The position numbers and the translations under genes are program-made. Positions 17,028 through 25,299 of a stretch of 64,000 bases of DNA are shown piece after piece. Every line of letters starts with the position of its first letter. Positions within the stretch are counted from its first letter, which is position 1. Origin of the DNA: an uncultured Acidobacteriota bacterium (GTDB taxonomy: Bacteria > Acidobacteriota > Thermoanaerobaculia > Thermoanaerobaculales > Thermoanaerobaculaceae); assembly GCA_963727205.1 (NCBI GenBank), contig CAVSFQ010000031.1, positions 12,080 through 76,079 on the forward strand, read 5' to 3'. The notes under the pieces are model-generated. The model was given only the letters and a program-made list of their open reading frames with translations, made no database searches and was not told the DNA's origin.

Positions 17028-18883
17028 GAGTTTCCGCCGCCGTCGAGGGGGGTACCGCCCATCCCGGAGAGGAAGCGCGAGGGGTCGGTCAACATGACCT
17101 CGGTCAGGTGGCGGGCTGCAGCCTGCACCGCATCGATGGCCTCGTGGAGGACCGCGGAGTCCTCGGAATCCAGCACCCGCCGGCCGTGCTCCAGCGCCCC
17201 CTTCACCTTCTCGACGATCTGGGCTTCGAGGAGAGAACCGAACTCCTTGAACACCCGCTCGTTCGTGTACAGGAGGCCTTCCAGCCGGTTGCGCAGCAGG
17301 CGGATCTCGCGGCGCCGCACGTCGTCCTTGCGCATCCTGTCGGCCTCCGCGATCATGCGGTCGATCTCCTCCTTGCTCAAGCCCCCAGCCGGGTTCACCT
17401 GGATCGACTGCTCGCGCCCCGTGGCGAGGTCGCGCGCGGTCACCTGCACGATGCCGTTGGAGTCGATCGCGAACGTCACCTCGATCTGGGGAACGCCGCG
17501 CGGCGAGGGCGGGATTCCGACGAGCTCGAACCTGCCCAGCGCCTTGTTCTCGGCGGCAAGCTCGCGCTCGCCCTGCAGCACGGCGATTTCCACCGAGTGC
17601 TGGTTGTCGGTGACCGTCGTGAAGATCTGCGATTTGCGCGTCGGGATGGTGGAGTTGCGCTCGATCAGCTTGGTGAACAGGCCACCGCGCGTCTCGATGC
17701 CGAGCGAGAGCGGGGTGACGTCGAGCAGCACCAGGTCCTTGATCTCCCCGAGCACGATCCCGCCCTGGATCGCCGCGCCGACCGCGACGACCTCGTCGGG
17801 GTTGATCTCGCGCGAGGGGGTCCTGGCGAAAAACTCGGCGACGGTGCGCGCGACCAGCGGCATGCGCGTCTGGCCGCCGGTGAGGATGATCTGCTGCACC
17901 TGCTCGGGTTTCAGCCCCGCGGCCTCGAGGGCGTTGCGGCACGGGTCGAGCGTCGAGCGCACCAGGTCGCCCACCAGGCCCTCGAGCTGCTCGCGGGTCA
18001 GCGCGCAGTTGAGGTGTAGCGCCTGCGTCCCGTCGGTGGCGATGAACGGCAGCGAGATGTTCGCGATCTGGGCGGTGGAGAGCTCGCACTTCGCAGCTTC
18101 GGAGGCCTCCTTGAGGCGCTGCATCGCCATGCAGTCGCCCCGCAGGTCGACCCTCGTCTCCTTGAAGAACTGGTCGAGCAGGAACTCGATGATGCGGGCG
18201 TCGAAGTCCTCGCCGCCCAGAAACGTGTCGCCCGCGGTGGACTTCACCTCGTACAGCCCTTCGCCAATCTCGAGGATCGAGATGTCGAACGTTCCTCCAC
18301 CGAGGTCGAACACCGCGATCGTCTCGCTGCCGCCGCGCCCGAACCCGTAGGCGAGCGACGAGGCCGTAGGCTCGTTGATGATGCGCAGCACCTCGAGGCC
18401 GGCCAGCGTCCCCGCGTCCTTGGTCGCCTGGCGCTGCGAGTCGTCGAAGTAGGCCGGCACCGTGATGATCGCCTGCGTCACCTCTTCGCCCAGCGAGGTC
18501 TCGCAGAAATCCTTGATCTCGCGCAGGATGAACGAGGAGATCTCCTGCGGCGAGTGCATCTTGTCGCCGACCTGGACGTACGCGTCCCCGTTGGGGGCCT
18601 CGACGATCGAGTACGGCACGATGGTGCGCGCCCGCTGCACCTCGGGCGTGTTGTACTTGCGCCCGATCAGGCGCTTCACCGCGTACACGGTGTTGCGCGG
18701 GTTGGTCAAAGCCTGTCTGCGAGCGATCTGCCCGACGAGGAGTTCCCCGTCCGCCGCGCGGCCGACGACCGACGGCGTGGTCCGCGCGCCCTCCCGGTTC
18801 GGGATGACGACCGGACGGGCGCCCTCGACGACCGCGACGCACGAGTTCGTCGTGCCGAGGTCAACTCCGATGATCTTGCTCAT
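17024..18883 (-). CDS. dnaK: Chaperone DnaK (Hsp70)
   Basis: 619 aa with canonical Hsp70 signatures IGVDLGTTNS, DLGGGTFD and VLLDVTPLSLGIET. Confidence 0.98.
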   Translation of the reverse strand: MSKIIGVDLGTTNSCVAVVEGARPVVIPNREGARTTPSVVGRAADGELLVGQIARRQALTNPRNTVYAVKRLIGRKYNTPEVQRARTIVPYSIVEAPNGDAYVQVGDKMHSPQEISSFILREIKDFCETSLGEEVTQAIITVPAYFDDSQRQATKDAGTLAGLEVLRIINEPTASSLAYGFGRGGSETIAVFDLGGGTFDISILEIGEGLYEVKSTAGDTFLGGEDFDARIIEFLLDQFFKETRVDLRGDCMAMQRLKEASEAAKCELSTAQIANISLPFIATDGTQALHLNCALTREQLEGLVGDLVRSTLDPCRNALEAAGLKPEQVQQIILTGGQTRMPLVARTVAEFFARTPSREINPDEVVAVGAAIQGGIVLGEIKDLVLLDVTPLSLGIETRGGLFTKLIERNSTIPTRKSQIFTTVTDNQHSVEIAVLQGERELAAENKALGRFELVGIPPSPRGVPQIEVTFAIDSNGIVQVTARDLATGREQSIQVNPAGGLSKEEIDRMIAEADRMRKDDVRRREIRLLRNRLEGLLYTNERVFKEFGSLLEAQIVEKVKGALEHGRRVLDSEDSAVLHEAIDAVQAAARHLTEVMLTDPSRFLSGMGGTPLDGGGNS

Positions 18884-19493
18884 TGGTCCCCTCGGAACTC
18901 TGCCCCGCGTCGGCCTGCCGCACCGAGCCGGCGGGCACGGCGACGATCACCAGCGCGGGACGGATCAACCGCTCACCCAGACGGTAGCCCTTCTGCAACA
19001 CCTGGACGACAGTCGGCTCCTGGACTCGAGAGTCCTCGTTGCGTGAGATCGCCTCGTGCAGCGTCGGGTCGAACGGCTGGCCCGTCGGATCGACCTCGGC
19101 GAGCCCGTTGCGGCCCAGCACGTCCTTGAACTGCCGCAGCACCAGCTCGACGCCCTCGCGCAGGCCGCCGGCCACGCCCCCCGGAACCGCGAGCGCGCGC
19201 TCGAGGTTGTCGAGTACCGGCAGGCAATCGCGGAGCAACTCGCCGTTCGCGTATCGCCGGAACTCGCCCATCTCGCGCTCCTGCCGCTTGCGGTAGTTGT
19301 CGAAGTCCGCGAGCTTGCGCAGGTAGAGCTCGCGGAACCGCGCGATCTCCTGCTGCAGGTTGGTCAACTCCTCCTGGAGCGCGTCCTTGTCGGGCGGAGG
19401 CGGCTCTTCGGTCTGTTGCCCGGCGCCTCCCACGGGCTCGATGCCCGTCTCGGTTTCGTCCTCCGGCGCTTGGCGCCGTTCCTCGTTGCTCAT
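18861..19493 (-). CDS. grpE: Nucleotide exchange factor GrpE
   Basis: 210 aa with coiled-coil N-terminus, YLRKLADFDNYRKR and FDPTLHEAI motifs. Confidence 0.9.
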   Translation of the reverse strand: MSNEERRQAPEDETETGIEPVGGAGQQTEEPPPPDKDALQEELTNLQQEIARFRELYLRKLADFDNYRKRQEREMGEFRRYANGELLRDCLPVLDNLERALAVPGGVAGGLREGVELVLRQFKDVLGRNGLAEVDPTGQPFDPTLHEAISRNEDSRVQEPTVVQVLQKGYRLGERLIRPALVIVAVPAGSVRQADAGQSSEGTNEQDHRS

Positions 19494-20539
19494 CCAACTC
19501 CTCCCGGCTCGCTACCGGACCCAGTGAGATATTGACCAATATAGTCCACGATCGGAATGATCCTGTGGTAGTCCATGCGCTTGAGGCCGACCACCCCGAT
19601 CAACCCCTGCTCCCCGCTGCTGCGCTGGAACGAAGACACGATCAGCCCAAGGTCGCCCCCGCCCACCAGCGTGAACTCCGAACCGAGCAGCACCAGAGGC
19701 CCGGAGGCCTCGAGGAATTCGTTGAGGAGCGTCAGCAGGGTCGCCTTGTCGGCGAGGGCGCCGAGCAGCCTCCGCACGGCCTCGAGCTGACCCGGCCCGG
19801 CGCGCTCCAGCAGGCGTCCCGCGCCCTCGACAAAGACCTCGCCGGCAGGCGCGGCCTGAGTCTCGACGGCGCGCTGGGTGAGAGCGACGACAGCGGCCAG
19901 CAGTTCGTCCGCCTGCGCCCGCTCCTGGACCACGAGCGCGAGCAGCCGGTTCCGGATTTCTTGGAGCGAAAGCCCCTCGAACGTTTCGGTGCAGTAGTTG
20001 GAGATCCGCTCCAGCTCGGGCGGCAGGAAGTCGCGATCGACCGTGAGCAGCCTGGAGTCGACGAGCCCTCCCGCCGTCACCACTACGGTGAGAACCCGCT
20101 GCAGCGCCACGCGGACGAAGTGGATCGACTGCACCGTGGCCTGCTGCGAGGGCGGCGCCAGCGCCATGCCGACCTCGGTGGTGACGTCGGCGAGCACGCG
20201 GCTGGCCTGCGCCAGCACCTCCTCGAGCGGGCCGGAGGGCAGAAGCATCGCCCGCAGGCGGCGCTCGTCGCGATGGGGGAGCGCGACGCGCCGGAGGAGC
20301 CTGTCGATGTACATGCGAAAACCCCGGTCCGAGGGGATCCTCCCCGCCGAGGTGTGCGGCTGCAGGAGGAATCCTTGCTCCTCGAGGTCGGACATCACGT
20401 TCCGCAGCGACGCGGAGGAGAGGCCGGTCCGCGAGACCCGCGCCAGGGCGGCTGAAGCCACGGGTTCGCCGTCGGCGAGGTACAACTCCACCACCTCGCA
20501 CAGAATCTCCCGCTCGCGCTCGGTCATGATGTCCTTCAT
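19490..20539 (-). CDS. hrcA: Heat-inducible transcription repressor HrcA
   Basis: Winged-helix N-terminus (REREILCEVVELYLADGEPVASAALA ... SSASLRNVMSDLEEQGFLLQPHTSAGRIPSDRGFR). First gene of the operon; its stop overlaps the grpE start. Confidence 0.9.
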   Translation of the reverse strand: MKDIMTEREREILCEVVELYLADGEPVASAALARVSRTGLSSASLRNVMSDLEEQGFLLQPHTSAGRIPSDRGFRMYIDRLLRRVALPHRDERRLRAMLLPSGPLEEVLAQASRVLADVTTEVGMALAPPSQQATVQSIHFVRVALQRVLTVVVTAGGLVDSRLLTVDRDFLPPELERISNYCTETFEGLSLQEIRNRLLALVVQERAQADELLAAVVALTQRAVETQAAPAGEVFVEGAGRLLERAGPGQLEAVRRLLGALADKATLLTLLNEFLEASGPLVLLGSEFTLVGGGDLGLIVSSFQRSSGEQGLIGVVGLKRMDYHRIIPIVDYIGQYLTGSGSEPGGVG

Positions 20540-20598
20540 CGGCCTGTTTCCGCCCGCGCGAAATCCTTCCGCGGGTTGCCATACTGTACCATGATCAT

Positions 20599-21489
20599 AT
20601 GCTCTCTCAATGGTTTCTCGTGGGTGCGGGCCGCTGCGGCGTGCAGTTGGCCCGGGCGATCGATGCGTCGGGTCTCGGGGTGGCCGGAGTAGAGACGCGC
20701 TCGCCGCGCGGCAGGGCGCGAGTGAGGCGGGCGTTGCCCGGCGTCCGTGCGTTCGGCGCCGGTGACGCGCTGCCGCCCGTCCACGGTGTGCTCGTCGCGG
20801 TGCCCGACTCGGCGATCCCGGCGTGCGCCGAGCGGCTCGCGCCGCGCCTGCACCCGGCCACGACCGTCGTGCTCCACACCTCCGGCCTGCTCGCGGCCGA
20901 CGCTCTCGCGGCCATCGCGCGTTCCGGACCGGCGACCGGGTCGCTCCACCCGATGGTGAGCTTCCCCACGGCGGTCGGGCCGCTCGTCCGCCTGGCGGGC
21001 GCCGTCGCGGCCGTCGAAGGGAGCGCCGTTGCAGTACGCGAGGCGCGCCGCCTCGCCGTTGCGCTGGGGATGCGGCCGGTGCGCCTCGCGGCGGCCGCCA
21101 AACCCACCTATCACGCCGCCGCCGCGCTTGCCGCCAACCTGACCCACGTACTCGTTGTGACCGCGAGGGACCTCCTGACCGGCGTGGGGTTCTCGCGGCG
21201 CGGCGCCGCGGCGGCGCTGCGCCCTCTCGTCGCCAGCGCCATGGAGGCTGCCCTTTCGGCGCGCGGCATGGAGAACCTGACGGGTCCGCTGGCACGGGGG
21301 GATGACGCGGCGGTGTTGGCCCACCTCGCGGCGATCCCCGACGGGGCCCGGACCGCGTATCGCGCCGTCGCACGGCTCGCCGTCGCGGCGCTCGCCAACG
21401 AGGGCCTTCTCAACGAAATGCGCATCCGTGACCTCGAACTCGCGTTGACCGGCCACGCCCTGTGTGGTAGGTTCCAGCCGTTGACGTAG
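20599..21489 (+). CDS. Rossmann-fold oxidoreductase-like protein (DUF2520-type C-terminal domain)
   Basis: 296 aa. N-terminal dinucleotide-binding-like FLVGAGRCG and a C-terminal helical domain resembling DUF2520/ProC-like proteins. The assignment is weak. Confidence 0.45.
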   Translation: MLSQWFLVGAGRCGVQLARAIDASGLGVAGVETRSPRGRARVRRALPGVRAFGAGDALPPVHGVLVAVPDSAIPACAERLAPRLHPATTVVLHTSGLLAADALAAIARSGPATGSLHPMVSFPTAVGPLVRLAGAVAAVEGSAVAVREARRLAVALGMRPVRLAAAAKPTYHAAAALAANLTHVLVVTARDLLTGVGFSRRGAAAALRPLVASAMEAALSARGMENLTGPLARGDDAAVLAHLAAIPDGARTAYRAVARLAVAALANEGLLNEMRIRDLELALTGHALCGRFQPLT

Positions 21490-21506
21490 TCTGGGGGCGT
21501 GCAGCA

Positions 21507-22859
21507 ATGGTCTTCTTCAACTGGGCCACGATGCAGATGGCGGCCAAGATCGTGTACTACGGTCCCGGTCTGTGCGGGAAGACTACGAACCTCTCGTTCA
21601 TCTATGCCAAGACCGCGTCCGGCTCCCGCGGGGAGATGGTTTCGCTCGAGACCGAAACCGACCGGACCCTCTTCTTCGACCTCCTGCCGATCGAGGTCGG
21701 AAAGGTCGGTGGCTTTCGCACCCGCCTCCAGCTCTACACGGTCCCCGGCCAAGTCTTCTACAACACCACCCGAAAGCTCGTGCTCAAGGGTGTCGACGGG
21801 ATGGTGTTCGTCGCCGACTCGCAACGACCGATGGGCGACGCCAACCTCGAGAGCCTCCAGAACCTGACGGAGAACCTTCTCGAGCTGGGCCTGGCGATCG
21901 ACACCCTCCCCATCGTCCTCCAGTACAACAAGCGCGACCTCAAGAACGTCCTCACCCTCGACGAGCTCAACAGCCGGCTCAACCCGGACGGCCGATGGGA
22001 TTACTTCGAGTCGGTGGCGACCGACGGCACCGGCGTCTTCGAGACCCTGAAGGCGATCACCAAACTCACCTTGCGGTCGCTGCGGCGCCGGATGACCGCG
22101 CACGACGGGATGGGCGCTCCCCTGGCGGCCTCGGCTGCGCCCGCCCCCCCCGGCGCCCCGTCGCGGCATCAGGTGGCGTTCAGCCCTGCGGCGCTCGCGG
22201 CGGCGGCGGCCGAGGGTCTCGGGACGCTTGCCTCTGCCCCGGCGGCAAGTGGACCTGAGGCGGATGAGGCGCGCCGCCCGGAGCTGCGGGCGGCCGAGGC
22301 GGCGGATGTCCAGCCGGCGGCGGCCGTGATTGAGGACGTCGTGCAGCCCACCGGGGATGAGACGCCGAAGGCCGAAGCTGCAACGGCAAGTCCGGACGAC
22401 ACCACAGCCGAGTTCCCGGCCGCCGAGGAGGCGGAGGAGACCGAGGAAGCGGGGGTCGAGTTCGCCACGACGCCCGAGGCGGAACCCGAGGCGGTGGAGG
22501 CCGAGATGCGCCACGTCAAGGTCTCGTCATCGCTCGATATCCTTGCCGAGCTCGAGACGCTGCGCAAGTCGAGCACGTACCGGCCGGAGCCGAGGCCGGC
22601 GCGGCAGAGCGCTCCGGCGTTCGATCTCGACGCCCTGCTCCAGGGTTCGCTCAACTCCCGGCAGGAGGTCAAGCGGCGCATCGACGAACAGGTCGGCAGC
22701 GCCCTCGGCGAGGCTCACCGCTGCCTGGTCAACATCCAGCTCGTGGACGGCGACGGCCGGGTCGTGAGGGACATGTCGCCTCTCGAGGTCGAACTCAAGC
22801 CCGGTGGCCAGATCCGTCATCTGGCCTTGACGCTCCTCGTGAACCTGCAGGGCGAATGA
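21507..22859 (+). CDS. MglA-like Ras-superfamily GTPase with a roughly 255-aa C-terminal extension
   Basis: Residues 1-195 match MglA (KIVYYGPGLCGKTTN, RTLFFD, LYTVPGQVFY, VLQYNKRD). These are followed by an Ala/Pro/Glu-rich low-complexity linker and a structured-looking terminal segment of about 110 aa. Confidence 0.8.
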   Translation: MVFFNWATMQMAAKIVYYGPGLCGKTTNLSFIYAKTASGSRGEMVSLETETDRTLFFDLLPIEVGKVGGFRTRLQLYTVPGQVFYNTTRKLVLKGVDGMVFVADSQRPMGDANLESLQNLTENLLELGLAIDTLPIVLQYNKRDLKNVLTLDELNSRLNPDGRWDYFESVATDGTGVFETLKAITKLTLRSLRRRMTAHDGMGAPLAASAAPAPPGAPSRHQVAFSPAALAAAAAEGLGTLASAPAASGPEADEARRPELRAAEAADVQPAAAVIEDVVQPTGDETPKAEAATASPDDTTAEFPAAEEAEETEEAGVEFATTPEAEPEAVEAEMRHVKVSSSLDILAELETLRKSSTYRPEPRPARQSAPAFDLDALLQGSLNSRQEVKRRIDEQVGSALGEAHRCLVNIQLVDGDGRVVRDMSPLEVELKPGGQIRHLALTLLVNLQGE

Positions 22860-24454
22860 GCCGAAGAGCGTTCACCTCCGGGGCGTTCCTCGTCGTGCTC
22901 GCAGCCGTTGCCGGATGCCGCACGGCACCGCCCGCCCACGACGGCATCCACCCGGTCAAGCCTCCCGCCACGGCGGCCAATTCCGATCCTGCGCCGGCGG
23001 CGCAGCCGGACGCCCATGACCAGGTCGAGGCGTTGCTCGCGTCGGCCCAGGACGCGGCCGCCAGGGGCGACTCCACCGAGTTCCAGGACTGCGAGGCCGC
23101 GGTCTTCCAGCTCCTCGACCGCACCCCCGAACTCGCCGTACGGCCAAACGACTGCCCCGCGTACCGCGACGACGTCGTGGCTGAGCTTGCCTCGCTCGCC
23201 GACGAGATGGACGGCGACGACGACAACGCCGCCGACGACTCGCCGCCCGAGCCCGAACCCGTGGCCGAGGCGCATGTCAGCGAAGTGCAGAAGAGGGCGC
23301 GTCAGGCCCAGTACGACCTCCCGGTGGTCGTCAACCCGGAGGTCACCTCGCTGATCGACTTCTACACCGGTCGCTACCGTGAAAAGCTCATCGCCGCCCT
23401 CGAGCGGGCCTCGATCTACCTGCCGTACATCCGCGCCGAGCTCAAGAAGGCGAACATGCCGCAGGACCTCGCCTGGCTGCCACTGGTCGAGAGCGCGTTC
23501 AACCCGCACGCCTGCTCCCGCGCCAAGGCGCAGGGGTTGTGGCAGTTCATGGCGGGGACGGCGCGGCTGTACGACCTCCGCGCCGACAGCCTCGTCGACG
23601 AGCGTAACGACCCATTCCTTGCGACGCAGGCGGCCGTCCGCCACCTCGGCGACCTGCACAACATGTTCGGTTCATGGGAGCTGGCGCTGGCGGCGTACAA
23701 CTGCGGCGCCGGCAACATCCAGCGGGCGCTGCGCCGGAGCAAGGGCGACACGGACTTCTGGACGTTGCGCCGCTACCTGCGGCGCGAGACGCGCAACTAC
23801 GTCCCGGCGTTGTGGGCGGTGGTGGTCGTGACGAAGAACCCGGCCGCCTACGGCCTGCCCCCGATCGAGGAGCACCCGCCGTGCCTGGACCGGGTTACGG
23901 TTCGCGGCGCTCTCGATCTCGACGTGCTGGCGCAGCGCGCCGGCCTCGACGCCGGGAACCTCGCCGACTTGAACCCGGCGCTCAAGCAGCGCCTCACACC
24001 GGCAAGCGGGACCTACCAGCTCGCCGTCCCCTGCGGCCTCCAGTCGAACATCGCCGAGGTCATCGCCGCGATCCCCCCCTCGGAACGGGTGCGCCGCTTC
24101 CTCCACGTGATCAAGAGGGGCGACACCCCGGGGGCGATCGCGCGCAAGTACGGCTCGAGCGTGGACGCGATCCTGGCGGCGAACGGCATCAGGAACCCGC
24201 GCGCCCTGCGCATCGGCCAGACGCTGATCGTCCCTCGCGGGCCGGTTGCCGCTTACGAGCGCCACACCGTGGCATCGGCCCCGTCGCGCAAGGCGACGGC
24301 CCACTCGCCGACGAAGCGATACGTCGTCAGGCGCGGCGACACCTTGTACAGGATCGCGCGGCGGTTCGGCACCTCGACCGGGGAGCTGCAGAGGCGCAAC
24401 AACCTCGCCGACGAAACGATCCGGCCGGGCGACGTCATCCTCCTCGGCCGCTGA
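22856..24454 (+). CDS. Membrane-bound lytic murein transglycosylase (MltD-like) lipoprotein with two LysM domains
   Basis: Lipobox LAAVAGC; SLT catalytic region (LPLVESAFNPHACSRAKAQGLWQF, AAYNCGAGN); two C-terminal LysM repeats (HVIKRGDTPGAIARKYG..., YVVRRGDTLYRIARRFG...). The start overlaps the mglA-like stop (ATGA). Confidence 0.85.
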   Translation: MSRRAFTSGAFLVVLAAVAGCRTAPPAHDGIHPVKPPATAANSDPAPAAQPDAHDQVEALLASAQDAAARGDSTEFQDCEAAVFQLLDRTPELAVRPNDCPAYRDDVVAELASLADEMDGDDDNAADDSPPEPEPVAEAHVSEVQKRARQAQYDLPVVVNPEVTSLIDFYTGRYREKLIAALERASIYLPYIRAELKKANMPQDLAWLPLVESAFNPHACSRAKAQGLWQFMAGTARLYDLRADSLVDERNDPFLATQAAVRHLGDLHNMFGSWELALAAYNCGAGNIQRALRRSKGDTDFWTLRRYLRRETRNYVPALWAVVVVTKNPAAYGLPPIEEHPPCLDRVTVRGALDLDVLAQRAGLDAGNLADLNPALKQRLTPASGTYQLAVPCGLQSNIAEVIAAIPPSERVRRFLHVIKRGDTPGAIARKYGSSVDAILAANGIRNPRALRIGQTLIVPRGPVAAYERHTVASAPSRKATAHSPTKRYVVRRGDTLYRIARRFGTSTGELQRRNNLADETIRPGDVILLGR

Positions 24455-24456
24455 TC

Positions 24457-24577
24457 GGGGAAAGTAAGAGGGGAAACGGAAGAAGGGGGAGGAAAGACAA
24501 GTCGACTCCGGCGCTTGGCTTCGCTTCGCTTGTCTTTCCTCTTCCCTCTCCCTTTTCCCTTCTCCCCTACTTCCTTC
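24457..24577. repeat. Long imperfect polypurine/polypyrimidine hairpin between convergent genes (candidate bidirectional terminator)
   Basis: A purine arm of about 45 nt (24457-24501) faces a pyrimidine arm of about 49 nt (24529-24577). The core is 13 bp perfect (GAGGAAAGACAAG / CTTGTCTTTCCTC) with a 27-nt loop; the outer part pairs with mismatches and G-T wobbles. Confidence 0.6.
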
Positions 24578-24592
24578 ACTGTTCCCAGGGGG

Positions 24593-25105
24593 TCATTTGC
24601 GGAGGGCGCGGACGAGCACCCACACGCCCGCCACGACGAGCGCCGCGGGCCACCAGGTGCGCACGGCGATCATCACCTGCGGAGGGATCACGGCGATGTG
24701 CCGCAGGAACCGCGCGCCGCCGAGGGCGAGCAGGATGACCCCGGGCAGCAGCGGCCACCAGTGGCGGTTCAGCGTGAGGACGAGCGCGAGCACCCAGATC
24801 CCGATGAAGCCCGCGCCGAGGCCGAGTTCGATCCAGGCGCCGGACGACATGCCCGCCACGCCGCGGTCGCCCAGCACAATCCCGGCGCCCAGGCCCAGCA
24901 GGATCATCCCCCCGACCAGCGCCCGGTACGATGAGCTCACGATCGCGATGAGCGCCAGGCCGACGCCGAGCCCGAGCAGCCAGGCCGGGGCCGTGTTCAT
25001 CAACGCGAAGCGGGTCACGAGCAGGACACCGCCGACCACCACCAGGATCACCCCAGCCGCCAGGTTCGACGTGCGCGTCCGAGCCATCGCCCCTCCAACT
25101 CGCAC
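24593..25105 (-). CDS. Hypothetical integral membrane protein
   Basis: 170 aa with five to six Gly/Leu/Val-rich TM segments; no recognisable motif. Confidence 0.5.
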   Translation of the reverse strand: MRVGGAMARTRTSNLAAGVILVVVGGVLLVTRFALMNTAPAWLLGLGVGLALIAIVSSSYRALVGGMILLGLGAGIVLGDRGVAGMSSGAWIELGLGAGFIGIWVLALVLTLNRHWWPLLPGVILLALGGARFLRHIAVIPPQVMIAVRTWWPAALVVAGVWVLVRALRK

Positions 25106-25179
25106 CGCGGGTCCGCTCTCCGTCGTTCGCCCTCGGCACGCTGCGCGAGCTTAGCAAACCCGCTGGGCGCCGAGGAGGG

Positions 25180-25290
25180 TCAGAAGATCCTCAGGAACCT
25201 GACCACCAGCAAGCCGAGCAACGCGATCAGGTAGATCCGCAGGAAGAACAGGGCCGCCTTGGCCGTCGGCGTCATCTGGACACGGGGCAT
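25180..25290 (-). CDS. Possible 36-aa single-TM micro-protein
   Basis: Read by hand as MPRVQMTPTAKAALFFLRIYLIALLGLLVVRFLRIF. The ATG lies 9 nt after the stop of the MgtE_N/CBS gene, with AAGGAG/GGTGAG upstream. Confidence 0.3.
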   Translation of the reverse strand: MPRVQMTPTAKAALFFLRIYLIALLGLLVVRFLRIF

Positions 25291-25299
25291 GAGGCTCAC

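Noticed and set aside
15924-18842. 972-aa ORF containing DnaJ at its C-terminus.
   Set aside because: Only the last 367 codons (from GTG 17027) are DnaJ. The upstream 600 codons are an out-of-frame read-through across dnaK with junk composition.
20540-20598. Expected CIRCE operator upstream of hrcA.
   Set aside because: No sequence resembling TTAGCACTC-N9-GAGTGCTAA is present. Only a short GC-rich inverted repeat is there.
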